Counted from the whole stretch's first letter, positions 24,750 through 37,648 are shown. The stretch: 63,514 nucleotides of DNA, filler included, from Phoronis australis (GCA_002633005.1; 10 parts of 10 records of this genome joined end to end with filler, not necessarily neighbours in it); one strand, 5' to 3'. Notes: a model not told the origin generated them from the sequence alone. Numbers and translations: made by a program.

Positions 24750-27003
24750 TCGTCGGGGTTTTCAACATAAGATTTCTGTTTTTTTTGCGAAAAAAGGTTT
24801 TTCGTTTCAGTAACAGTCTCAACTGTCTGTGCAAGTCTGTAGTGATAAGCAAACAGCATTCTAAATCTATCACAAGTATATTTTAAGTTATCTTTGAGTG
24901 TACAGAATTTCGCAATTCATAGTATGTTGATCTCGCATTAACTGAATAGTTTTTACAACCGTTCCAACAATTTGAACACCCAGTGTGTGTGGTGATTCAA
25001 GAGAATTTTAATTCTGCCGTGCAACTTAGTTTTCGTGGACTATTTAGAATTTTGCAATGTTTTTATGAGATTTCATACCTGTCATTAAGAAGAGGTCATT
25101 ATTTGGAGAAAAAAAAGCAAATTTCGTTTTCACATTGTAGCTTTAAATTATTTTTTGAATCCAGGGGCATAGTTATCCTATAAGAAAATATTCGCCGCCG
25201 TACTACAAGTATCTTCCCGTCAACGGAATTTCTGGCGATTCATGAACCTTTGTGGTTTCTGACATGCCGGTGATGAAGTAAATTGCTTGCGATTTGTTCA
25301 GTATACCAAACACATGGCATTAGTCCACTCTGTGTGATATGAACATAACACATGGACTAATGTTCATATCACATAGAGTGGTTGGCGCGGACTTGATATA
25401 GAGCGTCTGTTACATCCCTGGATTCCCACATGTGCAATTATAGTGAAGCAGCAATTCTCCGTGATTGCCTTTATTGTAGAGTGATAACTAGACTTTGAGA
25501 GGTATGATGTTTTTTCACGTTAATTGTTGTCAGTAGTTATGTTCTTCCATGTTGCGATTGTGTGAATTGTGTTATAACGTGCTGTATATAAGTAGCTGAT
25601 TAATATTAAAACTTTTTGTATTTTGTCAATTTTGTGTTATTCACTCACCAACAGTGAAATGAGATTTGCTGTGATGACAAGAAATCCCTGCGAATACAAT
25701 TAATATTTTACCAAACAAAGATATATTGAGAAATAAATTGGCAGGGCCAAAAATGGCCAACTTTGATCTGAGGGCTGTTCCAGCAAAATCCATATGGGAG
25801 GGGGGGGCGTTGAAATAAAAAGTCATGGTAAGTGGTCTTCAGAAAAAAACTCAAATCCTGGGTGGTTGTTCTTATAAAAAGTAAAGCATTAAAACTGGGT
25901 GGTATTCTTTGACCTGTAAATGTCAACAGGTTGGTATTTTTAGTCAAACACACCTCAAGAAATCAAAACTCACACCAAAAATTCACTAAGCAAATACCAC
26001 TAACACATCCCAAAACGACAAAACAAGCCCATGTTGCTAGAGTACAGAGTGCAATAGGTACACTACGCCATTTATCAAGTCCTGGGCAACTCTATATCAA
26101 GCACATATTGAAGTCATATTAGAATGAAAATTTTTGCAACACTACACTGGTGTTAACACATAAGAAAATTGATTATTTTTAAATAAGAAGTATGAGGAGT
26201 AAGTTGGACAAGTTCCGATATTCACTTGACATAGCAGTCTAATAACTTCGTGGAGACAGTTTGAGATTCATAGATCTATGAAATTGAAAAAATCTTATTG
26301 AAATAACAGACACATGGTGAAAAAAGACACATGGTGGCTGCCAAACGTATTGCTCACAGGTGTCTGAAAAGCAAGCTTCTGGTAATTGATACAAGTTGTG
26401 ATCTCACATGGAATTTTTCTGCACCCACAAAAACTCATTTCTTGTCTATCAATTATCATGACAACCGCTCGGCGGATCATGGAATTTGGTATAGAGGTAC
26501 TTGGCAAGGATGCGCCTGCACCAGTCGATTTCCAGGCGGATTTGGCAACCGTGGTACCTTATGTTGACCGCTTCAGTTTTCGACAAGCCATTCCTTGTCA
26601 GTTGCTTATCTCAAAAACTGCTTCACTGATCACGGTGAAATTCGAAATAGAAGTATAACGCAAGAATGTGCTGGCACCAGTCAATTTTTGGATGCTGAGT
26701 TCAACTAATGTGGCACCCCGTTAGTTTTTGACAAGACAGGTTGACTATCTCAGAAACTGCTAGGCACAACTGGAAATTTGGCACAAAAAAAAAATATATA
26801 GCAGGGATGGGTGCGTTGACAGAAGTCATTTTCATATTTGACCACCCTCTTGGCTACTTTAGTTTTTGACAATATTGGACGAGACGACTAGTTCTTCTCT
26901 GTTGATTATGTAAGTTCTTCTCTGTCGACTATCTATAGTAAGTTCTTAACAGGTCATCTTGGAGGTAATTTGTTTTGCAAGTGTTGGATGTTATATTTCA
27001 ATC

Positions 27004-27945
27004 TTACTGCTCCTCACCACAACACATGTTTTCATCTCCAATATTTTCCTGATGATCACTACTATCACTATCGTCACCAAATGTTTCCTCACAATTGACA
27101 TTCATTTCTCGAGATTTGAGTGCCACCATGGCAGCAATATTAGATGCAAAAGCCACACTGCCAGTCACAAAAGGTCGAGCTCCGCCCCTTGACCTAGTTA
27201 ATTCAGTTTTGTCCTGATCCCCACACTCACACTCCTCTTCCATGCCTGAGTGGTCACTCAACCTGCCCATCATGCACTTACGTGGATTGCACACTTCCCC
27301 GTGATCCCTATTTTCAACCATTGCATTAGATGTTGATTGAGCGTGGTCGACGTCAACCAATTCCGCACCAAGTGACACTGCAGTCACATTAGCTTGGATA
27401 GCACCAATTTCATGTGAAGACACCAACTTATCATTGTCGTTAGTTCCACATTTAACAGAAAGAGACTGTGCCTGTACTTGATCCAAGTCACCCAGTCTCT
27501 CCACATCTGTTACAGGATGTGTTTCACGTGTACAGTCTGCTGACACACCATCTTTCCCATAACAACCAGACATCTGATTCAGCCTTGCACTAACACGGTC
27601 CATTTCACAGGCCTGCTCACTTGTAGGACATGTGCCGGCCTGCCCACTTGTAGGACATGTGCCAGTCTGCCCACTTGTAGGAGATGTGACACCCTGCACA
27701 CTTGTAGGACAATTGCCAGCCTGCCCACTAGTAGGACGTGTGCCAGCCTGCCAACTTGTAGGACATGTGCCAGCCTGCCCCCTAGTAGGACAATTGCCAG
27801 CCTGCTCACTTGTAGGACAAATGCCAGCCTGCCTCTCCAACGCTCGTCTCTCTCGTAGCTCCATGTCTACAGCTCTCACTGCTATCACAGATTTCAGCTC
27901 ACTCAGTAACCTGAGGGCTTCTAGCTTGTCTCTCTTTCTCTTCTC
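27004..27945 (-). CDS. Terminal exon of unknown protein with decapeptide repeats
   Basis: Acceptor ttttacag (phase 0), 313 open codons. Helical N-part EKRKRDKLEALRLLSELKSVIAVRAVDMELRERR, then repeats and an acidic tail. Confidence 0.75.
   Translation of the reverse strand, partial: EKRKRDKLEALRLLSELKSVIAVRAVDMELRERRALERQAGICPTSEQAGNCPTRGQAGTCPTSWQAGTRPTSGQAGNCPTSVQGVTSPTSGQTGTCPTSGQAGTCPTSEQACEMDRVSARLNQMSGCYGKDGVSADCTRETHPVTDVERLGDLDQVQAQSLSVKCGTNDNDKLVSSHEIGAIQANVTAVSLGAELVDVDHAQSTSNAMVENRDHGEVCNPRKCMMGRLSDHSGMEEECECGDQDKTELTRSRGGARPFVTGSVAFASNIAAMVALKSREMNVNCEETFGDDSDSSDHQENIGDENMCCGEEQ
27609..27833 (-). repeat. 30-bp coding minisatellite (~7 units, QAGTCPTSG-type)
   Basis: GCCTGCCCACTTGTAGGACATGTGCCA-type units at 30-bp period, frame preserved. 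Confidence 0.9.
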
Positions 27946-28153
27946 CTGTAAAAACCGCATTTTGACAACAGTTCACTCAATATTTTGGACTGATCTCGCA
28001 AATCCTATCTCCATCACACCATGACAGTTTGGATATTAATGAAACTAAGCTAAAACCCAATTTAATCCGTGTACTGTGAAAGTTTCAATGACACCTAAAC
28101 AAAAGAATGACCACTGATGTTGCAGCAGCCAACAGGCCATTGTTACATCATAC

Positions 28154-28341
28154 CTTATTGCTGGGGGACAGCCAATCATCATCATCGCAGCAAATAACCT
28201 CATTGTCCTCTGTGTGACCTTCAAACACTTGGTCTTCTATCACTGGCTCTCCCATTCCAATCAGAGACTTGACTTCCTTAACACCCTGAACTTTGACCTG
28301 AGATTCAACTGGTGGGATGGGCACAGGTGAATTGTCCTCAC
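28154..28341 (-). CDS. Penultimate exon of the same unknown gene
   Basis: Acceptor atatttag (phase 1), donor gtatga (phase 0). Open frame GEDNSPVPIPPVESQVKVQGVKEVKSLIGMGEPVIEDQVFEGHTEDNEVICCDDDDWLSPSNK; joins 27945 in frame. Confidence 0.7.
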
Positions 28342-28706
28342 CTAAATATAAAAAAAACAGTCAAATAATTAAGAGAAACCACTAGCTTTTGGTCTCATAT
28401 CGAGAGGAGATCGAAGAAAGCAAGTGGTTTCAGTAAACTTTCATGACTCCAACAAGTAAGTAAACTTTCCATTACCTATAATACACCTGAAGTAGACAGC
28501 ACCACCAGGAGAGTGCGTGGGACACTAACAGATAAATAACACACTAGGAAGCAGCGAACAACTAGTGGGAGTACAAAACTCATTAACACAGTCAACAAAC
28601 ACTGAGCAGAATTACAAACTGATCCATAATTCATCTGCAGACTATCACATGGCACTTGTAGCAAGACCAAAGCGGTATTTATCATTCTTTACATCAGTCT
28701 CTAATG

Positions 28707-28836
28707 AAACTGCAGAACCATAGCCAGCTCCTCAAACTGCAGACCCATAGCCAGCTCCTCAAACTGCAGACCCATAGCCAGCCCCTCAAACTGCAGACCC
28801 ATAGCCAGCTCCTCAAACTGCAGACCCATAGCCAGC
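28707..28836. repeat. 27-bp minisatellite (~4.8 units, runs off contig)
   Basis: AAACTGCAGACCCATAGCCAGCTCCTC repeated nearly perfectly. Confidence 0.95.
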
Positions 28837-28936
28837 NNNNNNNNNNNNNNNNNNNNNNNNNNNNNNNNNNNNNNNNNNNNTTAATTAATTAANNNNNNNN
28901 NNNNNNNNNNNNNNNNNNNNNNNNNNNNNNNNNNNN
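28837..28936. other. Artificial contig-joining linker
   Basis: 44 N + TTAATTAATTAA + 44 N. Confidence 0.97.
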
Positions 28937-29030
28937 AATGATAATGATGTTGGCTGTGGCGGTGATGGTGGTGGTGGTGGTGTTGGTGGCGGTGATGATG
29001 ATGGTGCCGATAATGAACATAATGATAACT
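28937..29030. repeat. (GGT/GAT)n simple repeat
   Basis: Degenerate trinucleotide run. Confidence 0.85.
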
Positions 29031-32000
29031 CTTATATAACGAATTAAGATTTCAAAAATGAGTAAGAAATATAGCCTTGTTCAATAAAAGGAAGCCAACA
29101 AAAGTGCAGCAAAATCAATCAACAAAGGAACAGCGTGATCAGAATATCTCAAATGATTAAAAAACGTAAATGTTATAGCGAGGTTTTGAAAATAACTTCT
29201 GAAAGCCCTTTCAAAGTGACTTAGTTTCACAAAATTCCGTAAAATTTCCGAAGAATTTCAAATGTAGCATTTTTTGAAATTGAGTCAAATAACTAAAAAA
29301 TGGTAAATCTGAGAAAAAAACTGAAACAAGTTATTCGAAAGAGTATACCTCAGAGAATTCACATGGCAAAATTAGAGTCATTTGCTCTTCCCGTTCAAAA
29401 TGGCACCCCAGCACGAATGAAAAGGCTGAAATTGCATCCGATCTGCCATTTTGAAAACAACGTCCAGTTGATCAGCCTTTGATAATACAGGAAACTAAGA
29501 AATGAAAAATTTTGAAGCAATTGGTCATACAATGTGCCCTGTACAGGGCAAAGCGTTATCGTCAGAAAATTGAGGTGCGCATGCGCAATGGCCGATATTT
29601 CTGCCATCTTTAACCGGATGTAAAGACAAGATCTCTATTTAGAGAGTTGGAAAGAACTGAGATTAATCTAGTAAAAACAGATCAATGGGCGTTATTTTTC
29701 TGTCCATTTGTTTTAGTTGATCAAATCTTGTGTCCCAATCTTCAGCAAGCCCCCAAAAAACAAATTCAGATTGAATTTCTGTGTCCCAAATTTTAGAGAT
29801 TGCCAAAGTGGAGAATTTTTATTGTAATAAACATTCTGGGAATATGTTCTTTAGTTTAAATCCTGCTTTATCACACAAATGGAACACCCTTGGTGCATTA
29901 GCTGGGGACAGAATAAGGATTGGTTGAAATCACCAAAGTAGGATTGAGTGTCATTTTTAAGTCCACCAGTTATCCTTTAAATTGTAATTCTTACATGAGC
30001 AACCATCCTTGCACAATGCAACAATTTTTTGCGCAAAACCGACCAGTGCTAGGTCCTTGAGCTTAACACCCAATTGCCAAATGCGACGTAGCGAAAATCC
30101 CAGCTTGCCAAATGAAAAATTATGTCGCAACATACTGTTTAACTTGTGAGATCGTGCGACGGGCATAAGCGCGTCGCATGTTATCCCCTATGGGACACTA
30201 CCCTTGTTTTCTCTTGTTGCGTCTTTGTTGGATATAACCATTCCTTGGGCACACATCAGCTGGTTAGCGATAAATGTTTGACATTATCTTGATCACAAGA
30301 GAGAAAAATAAAGTGAACAATTAATATGCCTATATTCCGGTCTCTATGTGACGAGCTTGCGACCTAGTTTTCCATGGATAATGCTGGGTACAGCGGTTGC
30401 CGACCAAAGAAATCATGCTGCTGTCTCCATTATTAAAAATTACGCATACCTATTCTATTCCTTCAAACACCAGAATTTTGGTGTCCATTACCATTACGCG
30501 ACACATTGCTGCGTCAAGCTATGCAAGGCTGGCAGGTGTCCTGATGTCGGCCCTTGGATCAATTGAAAAATGTCTACCCGATCTCAAAATTTTTTCAGAT
30601 TTCCAAGTTGTATTTTTGCTGGTTCTCCTAACTAATTCTGAGTTTGTGCATCCTGAGGTGACGGGGAAGAGTGTGGTATAATGTTGCGTGTTGCGGCCGA
30701 CAGATGCTGCACACACGGTAGCAAATACGACAACGTATGCTTTGACAAATAAATACGTCTTGGTTGGCAGTGTTGTGATTAACAAACAATAGATTACTAC
30801 GACATGCGAGACTGATGATTATTTGACTAAGACGAGATATCAATTCTGGTGAAGAAGCTAGATCTACAGTGCCAATTAAATTACCGCTTGCTATCGCACA
30901 CACCATCGCATCAAGAGACACACTAACACTAACCCTTTAGAGCAATCACCAAACTCCTTGAAATTGACTGACAGGCTCATGCAGACCAATGCCCGCACTA
31001 AAATGTCCATGCATCAGGTTGTTACTCGTGGCTTCTTGTCTGATGTCATCTTTCTAGCACCTCTGTTGATTGTGGTCGAATCTTTTCGGTCTGCTACTTT
31101 CGGTCTGGTCTTGTAGGTCTTCTTGGTGTGTCTCTGTCATAGAGTAAGCCTTTTACACAATGATTATTATCATGTCTCGTGGTGAACACTCTGGCGGTGA
31201 ACACTCTGGCGGTGAACACAGTATTACGTCCAAATCACGACCGTTATAACGAAAACCATGGCACATATATCGGAACTACTTTTAACGCAAAATCACGACA
31301 TTGAGGATTTACGACATGACTCCGTCAAAAATACAAGTTATAACACACACTTGACGATTTTCAACAGAATTTTTACAGATATTGAGGTCGTGACGATTGA
31401 CATTATACTCAATAACGGTCGTGACTTTTGACGCACGATCTTACGCGGCAATGTTGTCCAACGTCACGACCGTTATCAGTTCGTCCTCGTTTTGTAGTCG
31501 CGCACGCTTGAAAACGAAAATAACACTTGCCTACTTACGCGTGTATTACCGTGATTCATGTGTCTTGAATTTGACGATATAAACAATCAATTATATCTAC
31601 ATAATTTGCCGATCAAATGTTGGGGCCTGGCTTTCGATAACGGTCGTGACATGGCAAAAATGTTTGACGGAATTCACTAACCTCGTGGTTCAGGGCTTTT
31701 GTTTACATCCAGCAGCCAAAATTGACAGCTCAAAATAGATCGCACGTGCTGACAGACAAAATGTATCTGTTGTCTGGCTTGGTGAAGTTGTGTACTTCGA
31801 AAGATGTTCAATTTTAGATGGCGATAACGGTCGTGATTGCTTGACGGAATTCACAGAGGTGCTTTTAAACGAAGCATTTGTTAAACAAAATCAGTGCACG
31901 CTTCGAACAAACTGGTCCTGGCTTTTCAGGTTTTGCTTAAATTTGCTTTTGAGAACCAGTTTGAAATCACCGGTCGTCTGCAATATGGGAAAACATCCGT

Positions 32001-32428
32001 CTGAAGTTCGTCCTTGGGTTTGACGGAATGCGTCACGCCCGTTATCGCGTTTGTAAGTAATTAATTTGGCTAATTATACGGTGTAATGGAAAGATCTGAA
32101 ATAAATATTAGCTATTTTATTCACTGCTTTAAAGATTTAAAATAAACAGACAAGAATTGCAGCCTTATTTAAGGATTTTAACTTCGTTCGAAAATGGCCG
32201 GTTACGAATGTCACACTTTCAAGTCCGAAAATTTGCTCGATTTTGAGATCAAACTGTGAATTCTGTAAAAAGTCTAAAAGATTACCTCATGAAATTATCT
32301 CTGTTATCTCTTCAACATATTAACTTTATAATAAAACTGTTTTCACCGCTTAATAACCACAGAAACGGGCATAAATTATCATGTTTTTGACATCACTGTG
32401 ATTGTACCCCTTAGCGTGACCTTACCCA

Positions 32429-33554
32429 GAAACTATTTCTAATGCAGAAGATGCGGTCAAATACTCGCATCTGTCCCTAATAAAAATATTTCAAAATGTA
32501 ACCACCCCTTTATTATGAGCTGAAGAATCTCTTTTACTATAACAATTCTAGAGTGTTGTAGATTTCTTTACTTTATATCGCTGAGAATAATTGCACTTCG
32601 TAAGATTTTCCAGATTAACTGCGATATTGTACCTTTTCTAAAAGAATTCCTTACAATTAAATAGGTGCCCTTTCAGTAGCGATTTTCCTACGAAATTCGT
32701 CCATTTTGTGGACTGGAACGCTACAAAAGGCCCTTTAAGATGGAATTTCTGTATCAAATAAATAAGCAATAATTATACACATAACAAATTTTAATAAGAA
32801 GCATTTACACTANAAAAGATGTCACTGTTATTATGAGTGCCCTGCTCCAGAATGCCATATGTGACCTACATTGTTACAGTGTTATGTAATGCCCATTAAC
32901 TTAGTTGACCTTCCACTGTAACAAGCCTCTGAGGTTTTGATTTTAGTGTTATAGAGTTGGAGTTGAACATGCGTTTCAGAGTTTGAGTTGAGACAAGTTT
33001 TACTTCGTTTTATCTGAAACGAGTATGTTTGAGTAGAAGATGGTACATTCAAGATCCAAGTCTATGGTAAGTCTTTCAAATTTCTTAATATTTTGATTAT
33101 TTAAGTTATTGCAAATTCATGTATTAGTAGACTGGCATATTCATGGCTAACATGCGTTTGGCAGGGTCCTAGAAACTATTTCTAATGCAGAAGATGCGGT
33201 CAAATACTCGCATCTGTCCCTCCTAAAAATATTTCAAAATGTAACCACCCCTTTATTATGAGCTGAAGAATCTCTTTTTCTATAACAATTCTAGAGTGTT
33301 GTAGATTTCTTTACTTTATATCGCTGAGAATAATTGCACTTCGTAAGATTTTCCAGATTCACTGCGATATTGTACCTTTTCTAAGAGAATTCCTTACAAT
33401 TAAATAGGTGCCCTTTCAGTAGCGATTTTCCTACGAAATTCGTCCATTTTGTGGACTGGAAAGCTACAAAAGGCCCTCTAAGATGGAATTTCTGTATCAA
33501 ATAAATAAGCAATAATTATACACATAACAAATTTTAATAAGAAGCATTTACACT
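32429..33554. repeat. ~384-bp near-identical direct duplication (32429-32812 and 33172-33554)
   Basis: AGAAACTATTTCTAATGCAG...GCATTTACACTA occurs twice with a few substitutions; copy 1 ends at the single N at 32813. Confidence 0.9.
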
Positions 33555-34099
33555 AAAGCATATCGTGAGGAATTGAGTCAAATCGCTCATAAAACTTTTA
33601 CAGTTTGGTCTGGTTCAATCCTAAATGTCAAGCACAAACTTTTCCTTAAAAATATTTTACACTTCAAACAAGCCTGGAAAATTAGCGACCAAAGGTATAG
33701 ATATGCTGTGTTGTTTGGCCAGTTCTTTAAATGTGAGTATCTTCTTAATGCATGTTTTCACATTGATTCAATGTGAGTGATCTAGTATCAACCTTAGATC
33801 TTTTTCAACCCTTAAATAAAGCCTTTGAAATCAGTGACTGAAAAACAAATCTCAAACTTGAAATGGGAAATTCCAGGGTAAAATAATTTCCTGAAGTTAT
33901 TTTGTGGGACTAGCCAAAATATACAGGTTCTCAAATCTTTACTACCTATGTGCCTAGAACGTGTATTCACTAAACATATTTTCTGTCATTAAAAGGACGG
34001 CACAAAAACCAGACCAGACCATGTGAAAAAAATACCTAAAATATCTTTGAATTCTCTTAGTGACTTTGACGTCTGCTTAAAAGACTCAATATTTAAGGG

Positions 34100-34481
34100 A
34101 TGGTTGGTCTAAAGGTTCCGTGGCTCGACTGGTCAATAGTCCGAAGAAGTAAGGGAAATTTCATCTTGCGTTACCAACTCGGTAGTTACCAAGAATAATT
34201 TGCAATATTAAACTAAGTGTTCGTAGCTTGTTCAGGTTATTGTTCATTGAATGACCACAATTTCAAGAAAGAGTGCTTTGCCTGCTTTACAGAGCTTTAC
34301 GGAATTTTGAAAGAAGGAGAATATGATGTGAAATTATCTGAAATCCTGAAGGCATTTATTTCTGTAGATTACGGAATAATGTGAAAAAAGCTATTAACTA
34401 GTTTTCTGTTCCGACTATTGACTTTTCGGACTATAGACCCTATTGTTTTCAAACTATAGACCCCTTGGACTATAGACAACA
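34100..34481. mobile_element. MITE with AGTCCGAA/GGACTATAGAC subterminal motifs
   Basis: Imperfect termini ATGGTTGGTCTAAAG and revcomp ATGTTGTCTATAG; repeated GACTAT(A/T)GAC at the right end mirrors GGTCAATAGTCCGAA at the left. Confidence 0.5.
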
Positions 34482-35316
34482 TTTCATTTCTATTGATAAT
34501 TTTGATTTTTTTCAGATGAGAATGTTGTCGATCCATTCAGTTCAAGTGACAAGGATACAGATGGAGGTAGAATTTGGTGCTTGTTTTCTCAGAGTAGGGA
34601 AACATGCAACTTCACATGGGTGAGTTATGAAGGTGGTGTGAGTTTCAAATAAATAAAGTATTATGGGAAATATACAGATACATTTTCGAAGATTCTACAA
34701 ATTTTCGCAAGGTTTCTGTAATTCTATTTTTTTAAACTCGTGAGTGCGAGGTCATAGTGGATCACTACTTTGATTTATTACTTTCACAAGGTAACTACAG
34801 AGTCATTTTGATTCTTGTTCCGCGAGCATACAGCCTGTTTTTCAGACTTAATTAACTAGCATTATAAAACATTGCACATTTCGTTATTTGCAGCAGTTGG
34901 CTTCCCAACATATTTATTGTCAGGTGAACCATTTAATGTAGCAGAACTTAAAAACTTTCAAACTCGTGTTAATGGAAATTTAGAAGACAGCTTTAAATAA
35001 GCCAAAGAAATGAATGCAAATGTAAAGGTGCTGGATATATCACTGCATTTATAATTTGTTTCAGATGAAGAAGTGAGGGAGTGCCGTTTTCGTCACAAGG
35101 TGTTCAGTTGTGCTAAAATAACCAAGAATTTTCTCTGATAGATCGTCTGAAAGGTATTTCATGCAACCTTTTCAGCTATTGTTTCTTTATTGTTTTGTGA
35201 TGTCTATACGAGATGTGCTGCGATGGGTTGGTCGATCCTGTATTCCGAAGGAACTTCGATAGTCTGTAGTGAAAAGGAACTTTAGTTCAAAGGATTGTTA
35301 GTCTGAAAGTGATTAA

Positions 35317-36087
35317 GGTGATGGCATTGCGTCACAGCTTATAGAAAACTGCACAATTGAGCACAATTAAGAATTATTATGAATGCAAATGTTAAAGACT
35401 TTGTTTTGAAAATGCAGGATTCTTTCGGTAATTTTTTCTTGCCATCCTAGCCCTGTAACCTAACAATCGTGGTCATGGCGATATAGTTACCTTACACTTT
35501 TTCATGCCTGCTAATCAGATTTATTTCAAAGTGTGACGCTCAGTGGACCAGTCAGACAAATAGCTCTTCCGAATAAAGACACTTCAGAAAATCAAAAGGA
35601 TGCCAAACCCAGTTTTGACTTCAATAAAATATGCAAAAACGACTTTACTCTCCAGTTTTCTGGAACAAAATAATGCCCTGTAACATGGGCGGCGCACCAT
35701 AGGGGCCTGGGGGGCTATAGTCCCACTTTTTCAGTGCCCCGACGCCCATGGTCTATGGGTGGTGCACAACAGGGAGTCGGGGGGCTTATAGCCCCCATTT
35801 CTTTCAGTGCTGCGCTGCCCATGTGTAACTTAATTCCAGCTCTTTCAAGATTGACGCCAATGATGCATTATCAAATGACTGGACCAGAATTGGTTGAATT
35901 CATCAAAACTTGCTTTAGTTTCCTTTTTTGTAAAATCAATTTTTCACAAACAAACAAAGCACACATTTTTCGTGTTAATACTCTTTGGAATAAAGGTCCT
36001 TTGGTTTTGAGACCACAAACCTATGAAAATGAAAGTAGTAATAAGAAAAACACAACTTAATTCAGAAGCCCAAAAGGCCACTGCTCC
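35317..36087. mobile_element. Kolobok-like insertion nested in an older palindromic MITE
   Basis: TTAA at 35313-35316 and 36088-36091, GG...CC termini with a weak TIR. Outer flanks GTTAGTCTGAAAG and CTTTCCGACTAAC are inverted copies. Confidence 0.5.
35684..35823. mobile_element. Tandem dimer of ~68-bp hAT-like mini-element
   Basis: Termini CATGGGCGGCGCA and TGCGCTGCCCATG; two head-to-tail related units; TGTAA on both flanks (35679-35683, 35824-35828). Confidence 0.7.
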
Positions 36088-37648
36088 TTAAACGTCTTTC
36101 CGACTAACTTCCCGTTGGACTATCAACCTGCAGGAATGCTAAAAGGGGACATACGTAACAGATTTGAACTACAAAGAAATCACAAAAGTAGTATTGTTAT
36201 TATAATTGTTAATGTTATATTATTGTTTGTGGAAGATAGTATATTTTAGTACGAATGTAGGATCCATGTCTATGGTCCGAAACTCCAGTTTTAGCTCCAA
36301 TCCTTAGTCCGACAACAAAAATCGGTCGCTCTAATGTACAAACCTCATAGCTAAATAAATACGCCATGGTGTCAAGTATTTCACCATATTAACGAGAGTT
36401 TCGCGTAAAGTATAACTAAAGATTCCATTACTAAATATATACATCACAGGAATGACAGCTTTTGCAATGTGTGCAAGGACACCTGTCAAATGATTAAAGT
36501 TCTACACTAAGAAAATTGTAAAAAGTGTAAAAAAAATCTTGAAAATAAGTAGATACCTCTCCGGCCTAAGTATAGTAAAATATACAGAAAATTCCTGTAA
36601 ATCCCTAAAATTAACAAAAACTATTTTATGACTGCTTTCACAACGCATGTATTATGAAAAACAACATCCTGCCCAACCTTCGAACTTTTATCATAGCAAA
36701 ATGTATTGTTTGAAATTTCAATTTTATTTTCAGGTGATACACTGAATAAATGTCACTAGTATGAAGTCTGGAAACTTCTAGGAAAATTGATCAAACTATG
36801 CAGTGATGCTGAAAGTGATGATGACAATACGACTGTCTCCATGGAGGTGGGAAAAGAGTCATCTGGATGTGTTAGTGACGCTAAAAGTGATGTTCACAGG
36901 ACATTTAATAAGGGTGTAGCAAAGTTAAGAGGATCTGCCTTTGATAATGAGAGTTGCAATGAATGTCATAATTATGTTTTTTNNNNNNNNNNNNNNNNNN
37001 NNNNNNNNNNNNNNNNNTTTTTGTGTCTTAAGCTACATAGTGCCACCTCAGTTCCCTAAAGTCTTCATTGTCACCATCATCACTTCAACAACAGCCTTTC
37101 AGAGTTTTGTTAATTAGACAATACAGACAAATGGCACTGCAGTTTTTGCAGTTTAAACATCTTTAAAAATAACTGCTTTCAGTTATTGAGAATGGTAATC
37201 ACTATGTATCAGCATTTTGTATAAAGAAAGCAAACACGATTTAATCTAAAACTATCACATTTTCTTTAATTATATTTGTAGTCGCAATTGTCACTAAGAT
37301 GGTCGGAGTCTGAAATTGTGGTGACTGGAAGCCTGCTAAGATCCGTATGTTGCGCGGGATGAAACTGTTTGTACATGTTCATCACAAACATTGTTTCTAT
37401 GGATGTACATGTATCCTATATTTTTGGTGCCCATCATTTGATTTTAAAGATAATTTGGATATTAATAGTTCACTCTGTGCCAGATCAATAAATGATTAAG
37501 TTTTCATCTGTGAGAGTTTTTATTGGCGAATTAAGCAAGAATGTCATTCACGATTGTTTCAACGTGTTTGTAGAAGAGTATTTTATCAAAGGTATCAACA
37601 TACACCGTAGAGCCTGACAGAGATGGTGTCATCTGCTCACGTTTTAGA

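Noticed and set aside
22424-24886. Several antisense and overlapping ORFs
   Set aside because: They are shadow frames of the 851-aa ORF with no independent motifs.
28704-28892. ORF of LKLQTHSQL repeats
   Set aside because: It is a by-product of a 27-bp minisatellite running into a linker, with no splice or homology support.
31235-32046. CRISPR-like repeat-spacer array
   Set aside because: The motif is only 13 bp, in mixed orientation with irregular 50-210 bp spacing; there are no cas genes and the context is eukaryotic.
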